In this document: one piece after another, positions 21,503 to 33,755 of the stretch
Position numbering within the stretch: position 1 is the first letter of the stretch
Layout of the letters: each line of letters opens with the position of its first letter
Source: Anthoceros angustus
Lineage: Eukaryota > Plantae > Anthocerotophyta
Reading direction: 5' to 3'
Assembly (NCBI GenBank): GCA_010909165.1
Contig: VJWM01000126.1
Span: forward strand, 496,001 to 560,000
DNA: 64,000 nucleotides
The notes under the pieces: model-generated
What the model was told of the DNA's origin: nothing
What the model saw: the letters and a program-made list of their open reading frames with translations, nothing else
Databases searched by the model: none
Translations under genes and position numbers: made by a program

Positions 21503-24500
21503 ATGGCTCTTAAAAGAAAACCCACTGGGCGTGCTGGACCAGGCAAGAAACAAGGTTCTATGGCTGAAGTCACGGCTAAGCCGTACACATGATAACGTAT
21601 CAAAACAGCAATTCTTCACACTACAACCCACCCACTGCAGGATGATGGTAAAGTTGATGGTGTCCTTGTGCACAGTGAGGGAACTTATTTGGTGCCTAAG
21701 AAGGCCACTCCCAAACCGCCAAGGCACTTCTCATCCAAGAAGGATGCCCGGCGTGCAGCTCAATTTGTTCAGAAGAGAAGAAGGGTGGACACCCGACCTG
21801 TGCCATTGGTGGAGGGCCCGCTTTCGGAGATTACTAACTGTGTTCTTGGGACTGAGAGAGGGGTTTGAGTATGTTGGTGAGAATGACCATTTGATAACTG
21901 ACGATTCCAAGGTTCTTAGCATGAGAGTTTGTCTCATGCCCAAAATGTATGTAGTAGTACAACAAGATGCCTTATAGGTTGGTCAATTTTCCATGCTGTC
22001 TTGGTTCCTAACCCTACGGAGACTTGATCGAATGTCTTGATTTGTTTGAGAGATTGAGGAGTGCGGATCTTGAGGATGATTTTGCTATGGGCATGGAGGA
22101 AATTGATGACGAGGCTAACTTGAGAACTGGGTTTGACCTCTCCGTCCGAGGGTGTTAATGATGCTTTGAGTGGTGGTGAGGACAAGTCCAAACGCCAAAG
22201 TAATTGGTGCCAGAGTCGTCTTAAGGCTTTCATGAAAGTCAGTGGTGTTTGGGGTTAGGATAGCGCAATAGAGGACATCCCTTATAAGGACTTAAACCTT
22301 ATATTGATACCCTTTTTCCACCAAGTTCGGGGCTTAAAAAAAAACTCTATATTCTCTCCGGAAACATAAGCTCTGTACCCTTCTTTTTGTTTCGTCTCTC
22401 ATGTAAGTTGTTGATTTTGACCTTTTGTGCAGGCTGATGTCCTTCTCTCGAGGATTCAATCGAATCTTAGAGAGAAAGTGTATTCGGACGAGCCGGCTTG
22501 GATCGACATACCTATGATAAACATGTTTCACGGATATTCCATGGGGCTTAGGCAGGTCTCGTAATGAAAATCAGCAAGGACCTTAGAACTGCTTTCATGT
22601 TGAAAGGAGGTTGTGATGATGATGAGCGCATACTATCCCAGAGACCATCAATGTTCTTTTGGGTGTGGTGCCCAAAAATGGTATTTCTCTTGTCGCTGTT
22701 TTTTGAGTTGATTTTTGTTGCCTTGTTGTTGCAACGTTTTGCCTTGCCTTGGTATTTGACGTTCCAAAATTGTCTCGGTTTGCGTATTTCTGCATGAATC
22801 GATTTGGAGTTCGTGGCGGAGAGGAGTTACATAACCTTTTAATTAGGGACTTTTCATTTTCATCACATTCGGGCGGACAATTTGTACAATATGTTTATTA
22901 CGTTGTGTTTCATGATTTTTGTTGTGATGTAATCTTGTATAGTGTTGGCCTTTCGTTTTTGTCACGGATATGAAGATATCCTAACAATTTGAGGACTTGC
23001 GAGATATGACCGTCGGGGCAAGCAAAACAAAGTAGCAGAAGGGTTCTAGTTCCTAGTGAGCGAAGATCTTCCAAGGAGTTGCTCAATGAAGAACTTACTC
23101 GGATGCGGGATGATCTGGGTGTGCTGCCAATCGTCCCCGAATATGACTCGAGTAGTATTTGCCAGTTTAAGATGTAAGTGTATTCATGCATGAGGAAAAT
23201 CTATTTGTTCTTTGAAAATGTTTTGATATTGTGAGTTATGTACAGCTGGGTCAATGTCCCTTACAAGTGCAACGCATTGAGAATGTTAGCAATAATAAGT
23301 TTGTGGACTGTTTTTCCAGAATCGTGTCTTCATTGTAATGTGTTCTCGACTCCCATTTTAATTGTCGGTCTTGCGGTGTTGCTACCCCGATATCCATCAT
23401 GAAAGTAGACCAGTTCTAACTTTTCCTTATGTAGTGATACTCAACAGCTATATGTTTAGTTCTAGAATGAAAACAGATTTTGCAAGTGCAATGGCACCGC
23501 TATCACTAAACAAAGATGTAGGCTTAAGTTGAGGATGGTGAAGTTCACTCAAAACTAACTGGACCACACTATGTCTTTAGAACCGAGGTTAGTACCACTA
23601 TTCTGATTGACAAAGCTATAGTAGGTTGTTTCTTACTTGACCAGATATTGGTGCTCCTCCCAAGAGTAATACATACCCGATCTGATTTTCGTGTCGGGTC
23701 AAGATAGCATCAATATGCCGTTAGAGTTAATGTGTTGATAGCTGGTGTATGCTTGAACATCGCCTGTACATAGTGCCTTTAAGGTATCTAAATATACGCG
23801 ACATCCAAAGGCTCACGCCTGTGGTTCTCCAAGAATTGTGAATGACTTCAAAAGATATATCCGGTCTCGTAAAATTGCATAAATATATTAGAGTGCCAAC
23901 AACATGTCGGTATGGAACTGCGACATTTCTAGCTTTTCTTCACTATTTTGGGACTCATATCTCGAGGTAAGCCTAACACCACTTGCAAAAGGTGTGGGTG
24001 TGCTTTGCATCCTCAAGTCCAAATTTAGCTAAACTCTCCTTAATATACTTGGTTTGAACTATACTTAGAGTCTTATTACCTCTATTTCGTATAATATTAA
24101 CACCAAGTGCATATGTCATTTCTCCTAGATCGGACATCTCAAATAGAGTCCTAAGCCATGCTTTAGTTTCGCTAGGAGAGTGAGGGAGTTTGTTGCCATA
24201 AAAACATCATCAACATAAAGTAGAAGATAAAATATATCATTGCGGATATTAGGATGTACATACAAGCATCACACCGGCTTTGCTTAAATCCTCTCCCAAT
24301 AAGTTGTACATGTATGGTTAAATTCCAATTCTTGCCCGACCGCCATACAAACCTTTGATGAGTCGGCATACCCAATCTTCTTTGCCTTTGACTTCAGAAC
24401 CCTCGGGTTGTCTCATGTATATTTCCTCTTGCAGCGCCATACAAATATGTTGTCTTAACATCCATCATGTGGAGTTCAAGATCATGTTGGGCACATAAGG

Positions 24501-26364
24501 CAAATATCATTCAAGTGTGGCAAATTTGGCTATCATAAGTGGCCCAAGGTATGTAATCTAGACCAGAATTTGTGTAAAACCTCGCTACTAGGCGTGCCTT
24601 ATACCTTTCTATAGAACCATCTCCTTTTCTTTTAATTTTGAATACCCATTTGCTGGTTACTATCTTCCTACCCCTAGGTGGTTTGACCAATTCCATGTAG
24701 AGTTATTAACTAGGGAATTATATTAGTCTACTACCTTCCATAAGTCTTTTTCGTGAGAAGAGAAAGCTTGTTTTAAGGTAAGAGGTTCTTCGGGTCTATA
24801 GTTGCCTTGTAGACTTGAGAATAAAGTGATATAGGGGTATAGGATCATCAAAACAAAGCTAGGTATCCTAAAGGAGGTTCCTTCCAACTGCAGGACTGAG
24901 ATAGTAGGTCGGGATCTAAGGTTGTACCTTTGTGTGTGCATCATCCAGGAGCGGGATCAACGGCGGATCTGCTGGCTCCACAATGTCATCCTCCGAGGGT
25001 CATCAAACTCATCATCATGAGTGTCAACGCCTCTGGCCGGGATGTCCCATCGTTGAGTTGTACCAGTTGTGGAATAGATGCTAACTCCTCCTCCTCCGCA
25101 TAATAGGTTCAACTAAAGGAACACGAAGGTGAATGGGAAATGGAAATGAAATAATCGATCATCAAAAATAAGAAGGTCAATGGTCTCATCAAGAGGAGGA
25201 CCAAGCCTATCACCCCACTGTGGGGAAAAGAGGTAAGACTCATGAAAAGTAACACTCGGGCGTATAAAAGTTGCCTTGTAGAAGGGTTGAACAATTTGTA
25301 CCCTTTGATACCTTGGTAGCCAATGAAAGTGTACTTAATGCTTTGGGATCCAACTTCTACGCAATGCTTTGGGAATAAAAACATATGCGGGGATCCAAAA
25401 ATTCAAGGTGGTCAATAGAAGGCTTCTTGCCAATGAATGCTTCATATGGAGTCATACCTTGAACTGATGTAGGCAATCGATTCATGAGATAGGTTGTCTA
25501 GGAGGGCCTCGCCCAATAAGCCTTAGATAACTTAGCTTGTACCAATAAGCAACCCGTGATCTCTTGAGGCGTAGATTCTTGTTCTCCACGCCATTTTGTT
25601 GAGGAGTGTAGACAATCAGAAGTTGTTGAGCTATACCTTCACCGACAAAATCCTCAAATTCGATGATGTAAACTCTCCACCATTGTCGGAACGTAAGGTC
25701 TTGAGTTTGTGATCCAGAAGTCTCACCCCATTTCATGTAGTCCTTGAAGAAGTGAAAGGCATCACTCTTGTTTTTCGTGATGTAGGAAAAGACAAAACGA
25801 GAGAAATCATCATGAAGGTCAAAAATATCTACTACCACTAAAGGAGGGTGTAGACAAGGGTCCACAAATGTCTGTGCACTATCTCTAAAGGTGACTTGGC
25901 CCTTTGTGGAGATTTATTTTTGAAAGGCTCTTGATGTCGTTTAGTGAGGACACAAGATTCGCACCAAGGTAGCTATAGGTGTTCAACCTTTGCAAGGTTG
26001 AACACCTATAACTGTCTTGATCTTGAAAAACTCAAACGACACCGTAAAGAGCAATAGGACATGCGAAGACTGCAGTGGCAATAGAATCAAAAGATTGATA
26101 ATGGGGCTCGAGGGGTCTCCACGCTACCCACGAAAACCGTCGGGATCGAAGTGATCTTATCTTCCCTTTATTACTTTCAGAGTGAAAACTAATGTTTGTG
26201 TTTGATTATGTTATTACCTTACGGGAAGATGAAGAATTTCTTCAAGCCTCACTTCATCAACTTCCGCCAACTATGATAATGTTGGACAAGTTGTGCCGAT
26301 CAAAACAAGTGGTCGTGAAAATTATATTTTCAATTTCTACAATTGTACTAATTTTCCAAAATAA
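21503..26364 (+). pseudogene. Crypton-like recombinase gene, unit II (same deletion and copia)
   Basis: Starts MALKRKPTGRAGPGKKQG; deletion junction at 22976/22977; ends FNFYNCT.NFPK*. Confidence 0.78.
23417..26025 (-). mobile_element. Ty1/copia internal fragment, unit II
   Basis: GRKIVTSKWVFKIKRKGDGSIERYKARLVAR; same junctions as unit I. Confidence 0.92.
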
Positions 26365-27027
26365 GGTAAATATTTTTGCTTAAGTATCTGTGCCTCTATT
26401 ACGAATCGTTCGATGTCCCTAGTTATATGCTTAATTTACATTGTTTTGTAGGTTTTAGTATTCCAATAATGGCGGTCAATCTATTATGGTATTTACTCTA
26501 TATTTTTAATTTTTATTTCATACCATTCTAGATATATAGGTAACTTTGCAAAGAATAAATTTATTTGTCGGTTTCTTGTAAATCCTGGATCCGCATGAAT
26601 ATTACTTAATGGAATATGTTTTATCGCCAAATTAGCGATTTTGGTGGATTTCTAGTCAATGATCTTCTATTTAGATTTACCTAATATTCACCTGGTTACC
26701 CATTTTTCCAACTCTGCTGTCCTGATTTCAACATTGATGGTGAAATATTTTCACCTATCAGTGCATATTTTCTATTCTATTGTAATAAATTTGATCCTAC
26801 TCAGCAAAATAATGATCTTCAATTTACCTCCTCCACCCTGGAAGAAAATCGAGCGAGCGCGTCGAGGCCCCATACGAGGCAGCGACTTTACATACTGAAA
26901 GCAGAGTGTTTCCGCTCCACAAACGGTTACGCTTTCCCGCACCTCACGCTCCTTCCTGCAATATTAAATCCTCACGATCCCATCCAACTTTCAACATCCG
27001 ATTTGAGTTTAATTTGGGGTCCCTGAG

Positions 27028-27221
27028 TGGGGTGCGCCAGGCAATGGAAGTAGTGCAAGCCCAAAGCGACGCTCGAGAAGCCGTGGAAGCAAGCTACCAC
27101 ATAAAGCTCGCCCCGAAAGAAATTAGATTCATATCATGTGGGTCGATGACCCACATATCAGATATTAAACTGATAAGAACAGATACTACACTTGATCTTA
27201 GCCAAAGGCCGAGAAAGGTAT
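27028..27221 (-). ncRNA. U2: U2 snRNA, type B
   Basis: As 13140-13337, with small deletions. Confidence 0.93.
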
Positions 27222-27617
27222 ACCTTCCTTTCGCAAGTCAGGGTCTATATGGGCCAGAGGCGTTAGGGTGTATTATACACGCCGTCCATGACTCCTGGCG
27301 GGCGGGCCTGTAAAACGCCGCGCTCCTGTCCTGGCGGGATGGCGAAATTAAAAGCGAATGAAGCAAGTGTCTCGGAAGCAGGCGACTGTACCATCCATAT
27401 ATCATCGCAACATTTGATTGGAGAACCCGTGCACGGCGCACGCAGGCAAGCTCGGTAGCAACCAAGATTTCTGGCAATCGCTCCTCGGAGTTCAGGAAGG
27501 CTGCTGTAAATCCATGGTATTTTGCCTCCTTCCTCAAGCCATCGTCTCCGGATCGTCTTCGTCGAAGTGTTTAACAGCTTCGTCCCCAGATAGATACAAC
27601 TTTGAGCCTGCACAGAA

Positions 27618-28413
27618 ATGGCCATGGTTCGGATTGCCATGCTCACGTGCTGCGGCTCACCCTTGACCCTGAGCGGAATTGTGCCGAGATGGGCTGGCCA
27701 GATGCGGGGAATGCTGCCAGGTGAAGTGCACCAACGACGGATGCAACGACACGCCCACCACTGTCGTGATGACGGATCAGTGCCCGGGTGGCGTGGAAGC
27801 CCCATTTCGATCTCAGCGGCTCTGCATTCGGAAACCTCGCTGCCGCCGGCCGATCGTCTGACCTCGTCACGCTGGGCGGGTCCCGGCTGCTCCGGATACA
27901 TCCCTGAGGCTGTAATGACAATGCAATGCTTCGAATAGACGATGGCATGGATGCGTTGCGCGCAGGGTGCCTTGCTCCTACGGTTCCCAGACTGTGGCAT
28001 TCGACATGGACGCGAATTGCAATCCCAATTGGGTCGCCTTCGTGGTCGAGTTTCAAGCAGGCGATGGAGATCTCCACTCTGTCGAACTCAAGGTTAGGAA
28101 AAGCTATGCATGGTGTCTCGGTTTTGGACACTGTTGATTACTCTTGGATGGCATTGGCTTTCATGAGTTGAAACCAGCCACAAGATCTCACATGTGGTGA
28201 ATGTTGGGGTGGCAGGATGCGTCTTCAGCTTGGCAGGCAGTGAGTCACAATTGGGGAGCCAACTGGCAATTCTTCGGGAGCCTTAACGGCCCCGTTTCTG
28301 TTCGGCTCAAATCCTCCAATACTGCCGACCAAGTGCTGGTTGCCAAGGATGCCATTCCAGCTGACTGGACACCTGGCCACACCTACCAATACCAAGACCA
28401 GTTTAGCTACTAG
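27618..28413 (+). pseudogene. EXPB: Beta-expansin (EXPB-like), copy 3
   Basis: Near-identical to copy 1; last exon corresponds to ORF 28201-28413. Confidence 0.85.
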
Positions 28414-29182
28414 GAAAATTTGATGCACCGCACATTTGGGTCGGGTCCTGCATCCAGTGCGCCCACAATCAAAGCTTGGGTGCATTTGTACGTAGTGCTT
28501 TTCAAACTGTACTATTATTCTAAAAATTACATTATTCTCACATTCCTGATTCTGTGTTTGAGGGAAACAACAGCAACCCATCTTCAACTTACCAGCAGTG
28601 TTACCAGTTTTTTGACGGAAACACTAGCAAATTGGCTTCAAGTAATTTACGGGCCTGTCCAGCGGTTCAAGCTTATTGAAAGAATGATAATGACCCATCC
28701 AGCTTCACAAATGTTCCAAGTGTATCTCATCCTGCATTCGAGCTCGGGTATTCAGTAATGGACAAACAGAAGCCTCACATCCGCCCAACTGTGAGTTCAC
28801 ACAAGGCTGTAGGGCTGTACCTGACCGAAACCTGAAGACTTCAGTGAAGGCTCGGATCTTGTGTCGGGTGCTCAGGCACACTTCTTCTGATAACTGCAAC
28901 GACATGCTGAACAGGAAAAGATTTGTTAGCAGTCCCACCAAAGAAACTAATGCCTGAAGGCAAGAATACGAATCCAAGCGTTGTTTGAGGTTAGGAGGTT
29001 GCGGAACTCATGTTAGAAGAACCGCCGTAATATGTATGTACTGAAAGCAGAGTGTTTCCGCTCCACATACGGTTGGTTACGCTTTCCCGCACCTCGTGCT
29101 CCTTCCTGCAATATTAGATCCTCACGATCCAATCCAACTTTCAACGTCCGATTTGGGTTTAATTTGGGGTCCCCCGAGGGGG

Positions 29183-29379
29183 TGGGGTGCGCCAGGCAAT
29201 GGAAGTAGTGCAAGCCCAAAGCGACGCTCGAGGAGCCGTGGTAGCAAGCTACCACTTGAGGCTCCTCGCCCGAGAGAAATTAGATTAATATCATGTGGGT
29301 CGATGACCCACGTATCAGATATTAAACTGATAAGAACAGATACTACACTTGATCTTAGCCAAAAGGCCGAGAAAGGTAT
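29183..29379 (-). ncRNA. U2: U2 snRNA, type A
   Basis: Full U2 with USE+TATA. Confidence 0.96.
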
Positions 29380-30077
29380 ACCTCCATCTCGCAGGTCAGG
29401 GTCTATATGGGCCAGAGGTGTTACGGTTTGTTCCCTACCGATATGGGGTAATACCCTATATGGTTATCGTTTCGTTTGACACTAGCTGGTCTTGAGGTCC
29501 TCTCAACGCTTTGCTTCTATGTTTTTTTCGTGGGTACCCAATAAGAAACCGTCTCCACTATCCTTCATCGCTAGTATGTAGTGGGCATCTGCTACATTTT
29601 GTTGTCTGCAAAATTGTTGCCATAGCTGCTCGCTCACGGAGACCCCGTCCCCACCCACAAATTTTCTGGGAAGTGGAACTGGGCTCCTTACCTGCTGCAC
29701 CTAGAGGCTTGGTTGTTTGTCAAGGCTTGAATCCCCAAAGTGAGGTGAGCGGGAGCCCTCGAGATCCCTATAGACACAATTTTGTTCGGTCCACAACAAC
29801 GGGTCCGATTGCCACCTGGCCAGCCGTGGCCATCGTTCGGCCACGGTCGGAAGATGAGACTAAAACAATCAGCGCTTTGCCTCCATCCGACGCGGGCAAT
29901 CCCATTTGGACATCTTCTTGCCTTTTTTATGCGGATATGGCCATCTTCTCCGGGCCCTTATCTTTGCCCGTGCCTTTCCTCGGGGTGCATTAAGTCACGA
30001 CCATCTCAAGGATTACTTTACCCCAAAGGATCCCTCTAGGCTATATGTTTGTTTCTTTTGGTCATGGCAAAGGGAGA

Positions 30078-31971
30078 CACTACTAGGAAAAGTATCCTTT
30101 TACAACGAGTTTTACAACACTTTTACAACAACCGTTGTAAAATTGTTGTTGTAAACACCCCTTAGTAATATACGTTGTAAAAACGTCAAACGTATATACT
30201 ACATAAACGTATACGTCCTTGCATATAGTATACGAGCATGGTATACACTGTCGTAAAATGGACCGTTGTAAATATTCTAAATTCTTGTAAATTCTACCAT
30301 TGTAAGTTATGTATGTACTGAAAGCAGAGTGTTTCCGCTCCACATACGGTTGGTTACGCTTTCCCGCACCTCGTGCTCCTTCCTGCAATATTAAATCCTC
30401 ACGATCCAATCCAACTTTCAACGTCCGATTTGGGTTTAATTTGGGGTCCCCAGGTGGGGTGCGCCAGGCAATGGAAGTAGTGCAAGCCCAAAGCGACGCT
30501 CGAGGAGCCGTGGTAGCAAGCTACCACTTGAGGCTCCTCGCCCGAGAGAAATTAGATTAATATCATGTGGGTCGATGACCCACGTATCAGATATTAAACT
30601 GATAAGAACAGATACTACACTTGATCTTAGCCAAAAGGCCGAGAAAGGTATACCTCCATCTCGCAGGTCAGGGTCTATATGGGCCAGAGGTGTTACGGTT
30701 TGTTCCCTACCGATATGGGGTAATACCCTATATGGTTATCGTTTCGTTTGACACTAGCTGGTCTTGAGGTCCTCTCAACGCTTTGCTTCTATGTTTTTTT
30801 CGTGGGTACCCAATAAGAAACCGTCTCCACTATCCTTCATCGCTAGTATGTAGTGGGCATCTGCTACATTTTGTTGTCTGCAAAATTGTTGCCATAGCTC
30901 TGCTCACGGAGACCCCGTCCCCACCCACAAATTTTTGGGAAGTGGGCTGCTGGGCTCCTTACCTGCACCTAGAGGCTTGGTTGTTTGTCAAGGCTTGAAT
31001 CCCCAAAGTGAGGTGGCGGGAGCTCTCTCCCTATAGACACACCGATTTGTTCGGTCCACAACAACGGGTCCGATTGCCACCCCGTTGAGCCATCGTTCGG
31101 CCACTGTCGGAAGATGAGACTAAAACAATCAGCGCCCTTCGTCCCTCCATCAGGCAATCCCATTTCTGACATCGCACTTCTTTACCGAAAGCCTTTTGTC
31201 CGGATATGGCCATCTTGATTGGGCCCTTATCTTTGCCCGTGCCTTTCCTCGGGGTGCCGAGCACAGTCTCGACCATCTCAAGGATTACTTTACCCCAAAG
31301 GATCCCTCTAGGTTATGGTTTCTTTTGGCGGCTGCAGTGTAGGGAGACACTACTAGGAAAAGTATCCTTTTACTTGAGTTTTTAACACTTTTACAACAAC
31401 CGTTGTAAAATTGTTGTTATAAACCTATAGTAATATCGTTGTAAAAGCGTCAAGCGTATATACTACATAAGCGTGTCGTCCTTGCATATAGTATACGAGC
31501 ATGGTATACTGTTGTAAAAATGGACCGTTGTAAATATTCTAAATTCTTGTAAATTCTACCATTGTAAGTTATGTATGCCGTTGTAAATATAGATGGCCTT
31601 GTTATTGAAACCATTGTAAATTGAGCCGTTGTAAAAACATTGTACCATTGTAAATATCTCCACGAATTCAAACTATTGTAAATAACAATAAATTAACCCA
31701 TTACAAACTCCAATATTGTCAATAAAATATACTATTGTAAAAAGTTTCCCGTCCAAATTCAAACCCTTGTAAAAAATGTATACCATTGTAAATTCTACTG
31801 TTGTAAATATTTCCCCCCAAAATTCAAATCATTGTAGATAATTCAACCCATTGTAAATTCTGTTGTTGTAAAGAGTTTCTGCCTTTGTAGATTTCTCCCG
31901 CCAAAATTCAAAACATTGTTAATAATTTAAACCAATATAAATTCTGACGTTGTAAATAATTTAGGTCATAC
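30078..31971. mobile_element. CACTA termini in unit III: truncated copy at 30078-30315, full copy at 31348-31971
   Basis: CACTACTAGGAAAAG at 30078 and 31348; the first is cut short by the local duplication. Confidence 0.85.
30455..30651 (-). ncRNA. U2: U2 snRNA, type A (local duplication)
   Basis: Duplicate of 29183-29379 across the TATGTATG junction at 30308-30315. Confidence 0.95.
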
Positions 31972-33583
31972 TAAATAGTAAATAGTAAATAGTAAATAGT
32001 AAATAGTAAATGGGAAAAGCCCATCGGAGGGGACAATAGAAGGGACGGGGGGTCGGCGTGGAGAGAACAGAGCTCTACCTAAAGTCATCACCCACAATGT
32101 CATATGGAGGAAGAATAACCGCGCAAACCACGGAAGTACCTCATGCCGCCTTGTGGAGGATCGCCGTTGAGGCGCCCGTTGAAGGGCAATTGAAACCCGT
32201 TATCGGAAATATCTTTTGTGAAAATACGAGAGGGGCGGCCCGCACATGTCTGTAGCATGGTAAACTTTGTGACTTGACAAATTTGTTAAAGTCCTCAGCC
32301 ATTGCCCCATACGTTTCTAGTGCAAGTGGAATAAAGAGGTGGCCCGCTTGCATCCTGCTATGTTTGCGGACCTTAAGAGCATTGCTCGGTGACCCAACGA
32401 GCGGTTAGTGATGACCTGAGCGGAGATGGTGTCACGTGTAGGATCGGTAACCACCACATCTGCCACCAAAACCTAGTCGCCACGGACAAGGTTCAAGTCA
32501 GCCCTGATTGAACGACCTGTACGGAGAGTATACACCCGCTCTCTCCAGGCCATGTAGCCGCTTTCGCGAGCGGTGGCGAACATGACATCGCGGATGGCAT
32601 CGTGAGTGGCAATGCGATGACCCCCGTGGGGACAAGAGCAAGGTGTACCCCAGAATCATCGAGGGCAAAGCCGCACTCGCAAGTAAGGAGCGAAAAAGCC
32701 CGCGGTGGAGCACGCCAGGCGGAATCGCATCGCGATGGTGAAGGTGGTTGGTGCGATGTGAAACCCGCATGCATGGGCGGGCCAAGCAAGCTGCGCCTTC
32801 CCATAACAAGAGCGAGCCACGCTCTTGTGGACACGGGAATGGAGGTCCTAGAGGAGAGGAAGCTGGCGGCGCTCTCGGCGGGAATGCACGCAACCCCTTG
32901 AAACCATCAATAATAAATGTCGAGAAAGTAGGGAAGTCCTTGAGCATCCATGATAACATGTCCCTAACTTGCCTCAAGGACGTTTGGAGAAGGTTCCCTC
33001 CTCCACACGTCGAGATCCTCGAGAAAGGGCTGTCATGGAGGATGAGCGAGAAGCCAAAGCGGGAGGGCCCAACCGCCTGTGAAAGCCGAAGAGACCTCCA
33101 ACGAGAGCAGACCTATGCCTCCAAATTGTATAGGTAGGGACACTTGCCAGCGGGCCAGATCGCCCACAGGGCACTCAAAAGCCCCTGAGCCTAGGATGTC
33201 CCCAAGAGTATCCTTAATCTTCCTATCAAACCGCTGTAGCCGGGACAAAAGGGTCGGGGACGGAGGCAGCGTATGGATGTGGTAACCAGGGCACTTGGCA
33301 AAATAGGAGGAAAGAATTCCAAAGGCCACCTGTGTATCCTCTAGCAAAGGGAGGTCCTCGACATGGGAGAGGTCCTCTGCGAGAGCCTGGTCCAGGAAGC
33401 TCTCGATGAAGTCAGGGGAACCGAAGGGGACCCCTAGAATCCGCAGTCCCAAAGCTTGAGCAATCTCCCTAGCAGGAAACTACAAAATAGGTAGATTCCC
33501 CGACAGAGACCAGACGCAGCACTTGGACAGCTTGACCTTCAAGTCCACCAAAGAAAGCTCATGAGAGAAGAGCTCAAAGGCCT
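31972..33583 (-). mobile_element. 5'-truncated CRE-like (R2 superfamily, RLE) non-LTR retrotransposon with heptamer tail
   Basis: RT C-terminal part (LKVKLSKCCVWS..GLRILGVPFGS..QVSLPIQFGGIGL), CCHC knuckle CECG..DSGVHL.CPHGGHRIATHDAIRD, RLE region RADL..VADVVVTDPT..FIPLALETYG, C-terminus RVSIALQRA..ILHKAA*, ~130-bp 3' UTR, then (CTATTTA)n. Several frameshifts. Confidence 0.85.
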
Positions 33584-33755
33584 ACCTATAGTAGTCTACT
33601 GTAATTAATATGTAATTGCTGCCAACTTCCAACCATCTCCAATTCATCATAAGAGGCCTGAAAAAATACAGACATCAAAGAGGTGTTCATCATTAGATTC
33701 GAGCCCTCGCAATAGCTTTGTACAATCAAAATGTTCAATAGACCATTACCTACAA

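Larger units (their letters stand above)
29030..31570. repeat. Local ~1.27-kb tandem duplication (U2-A to CACTA end)
   Basis: Junction microhomology TATGTATG at 30308-30315. Confidence 0.9.

Noticed and set aside
29680-29700. CTTACCTG as a U1 snRNA 5' end
   Set aside because: The downstream sequence has no U1 stem-loops; it reads better as a minus-strand splice donor.
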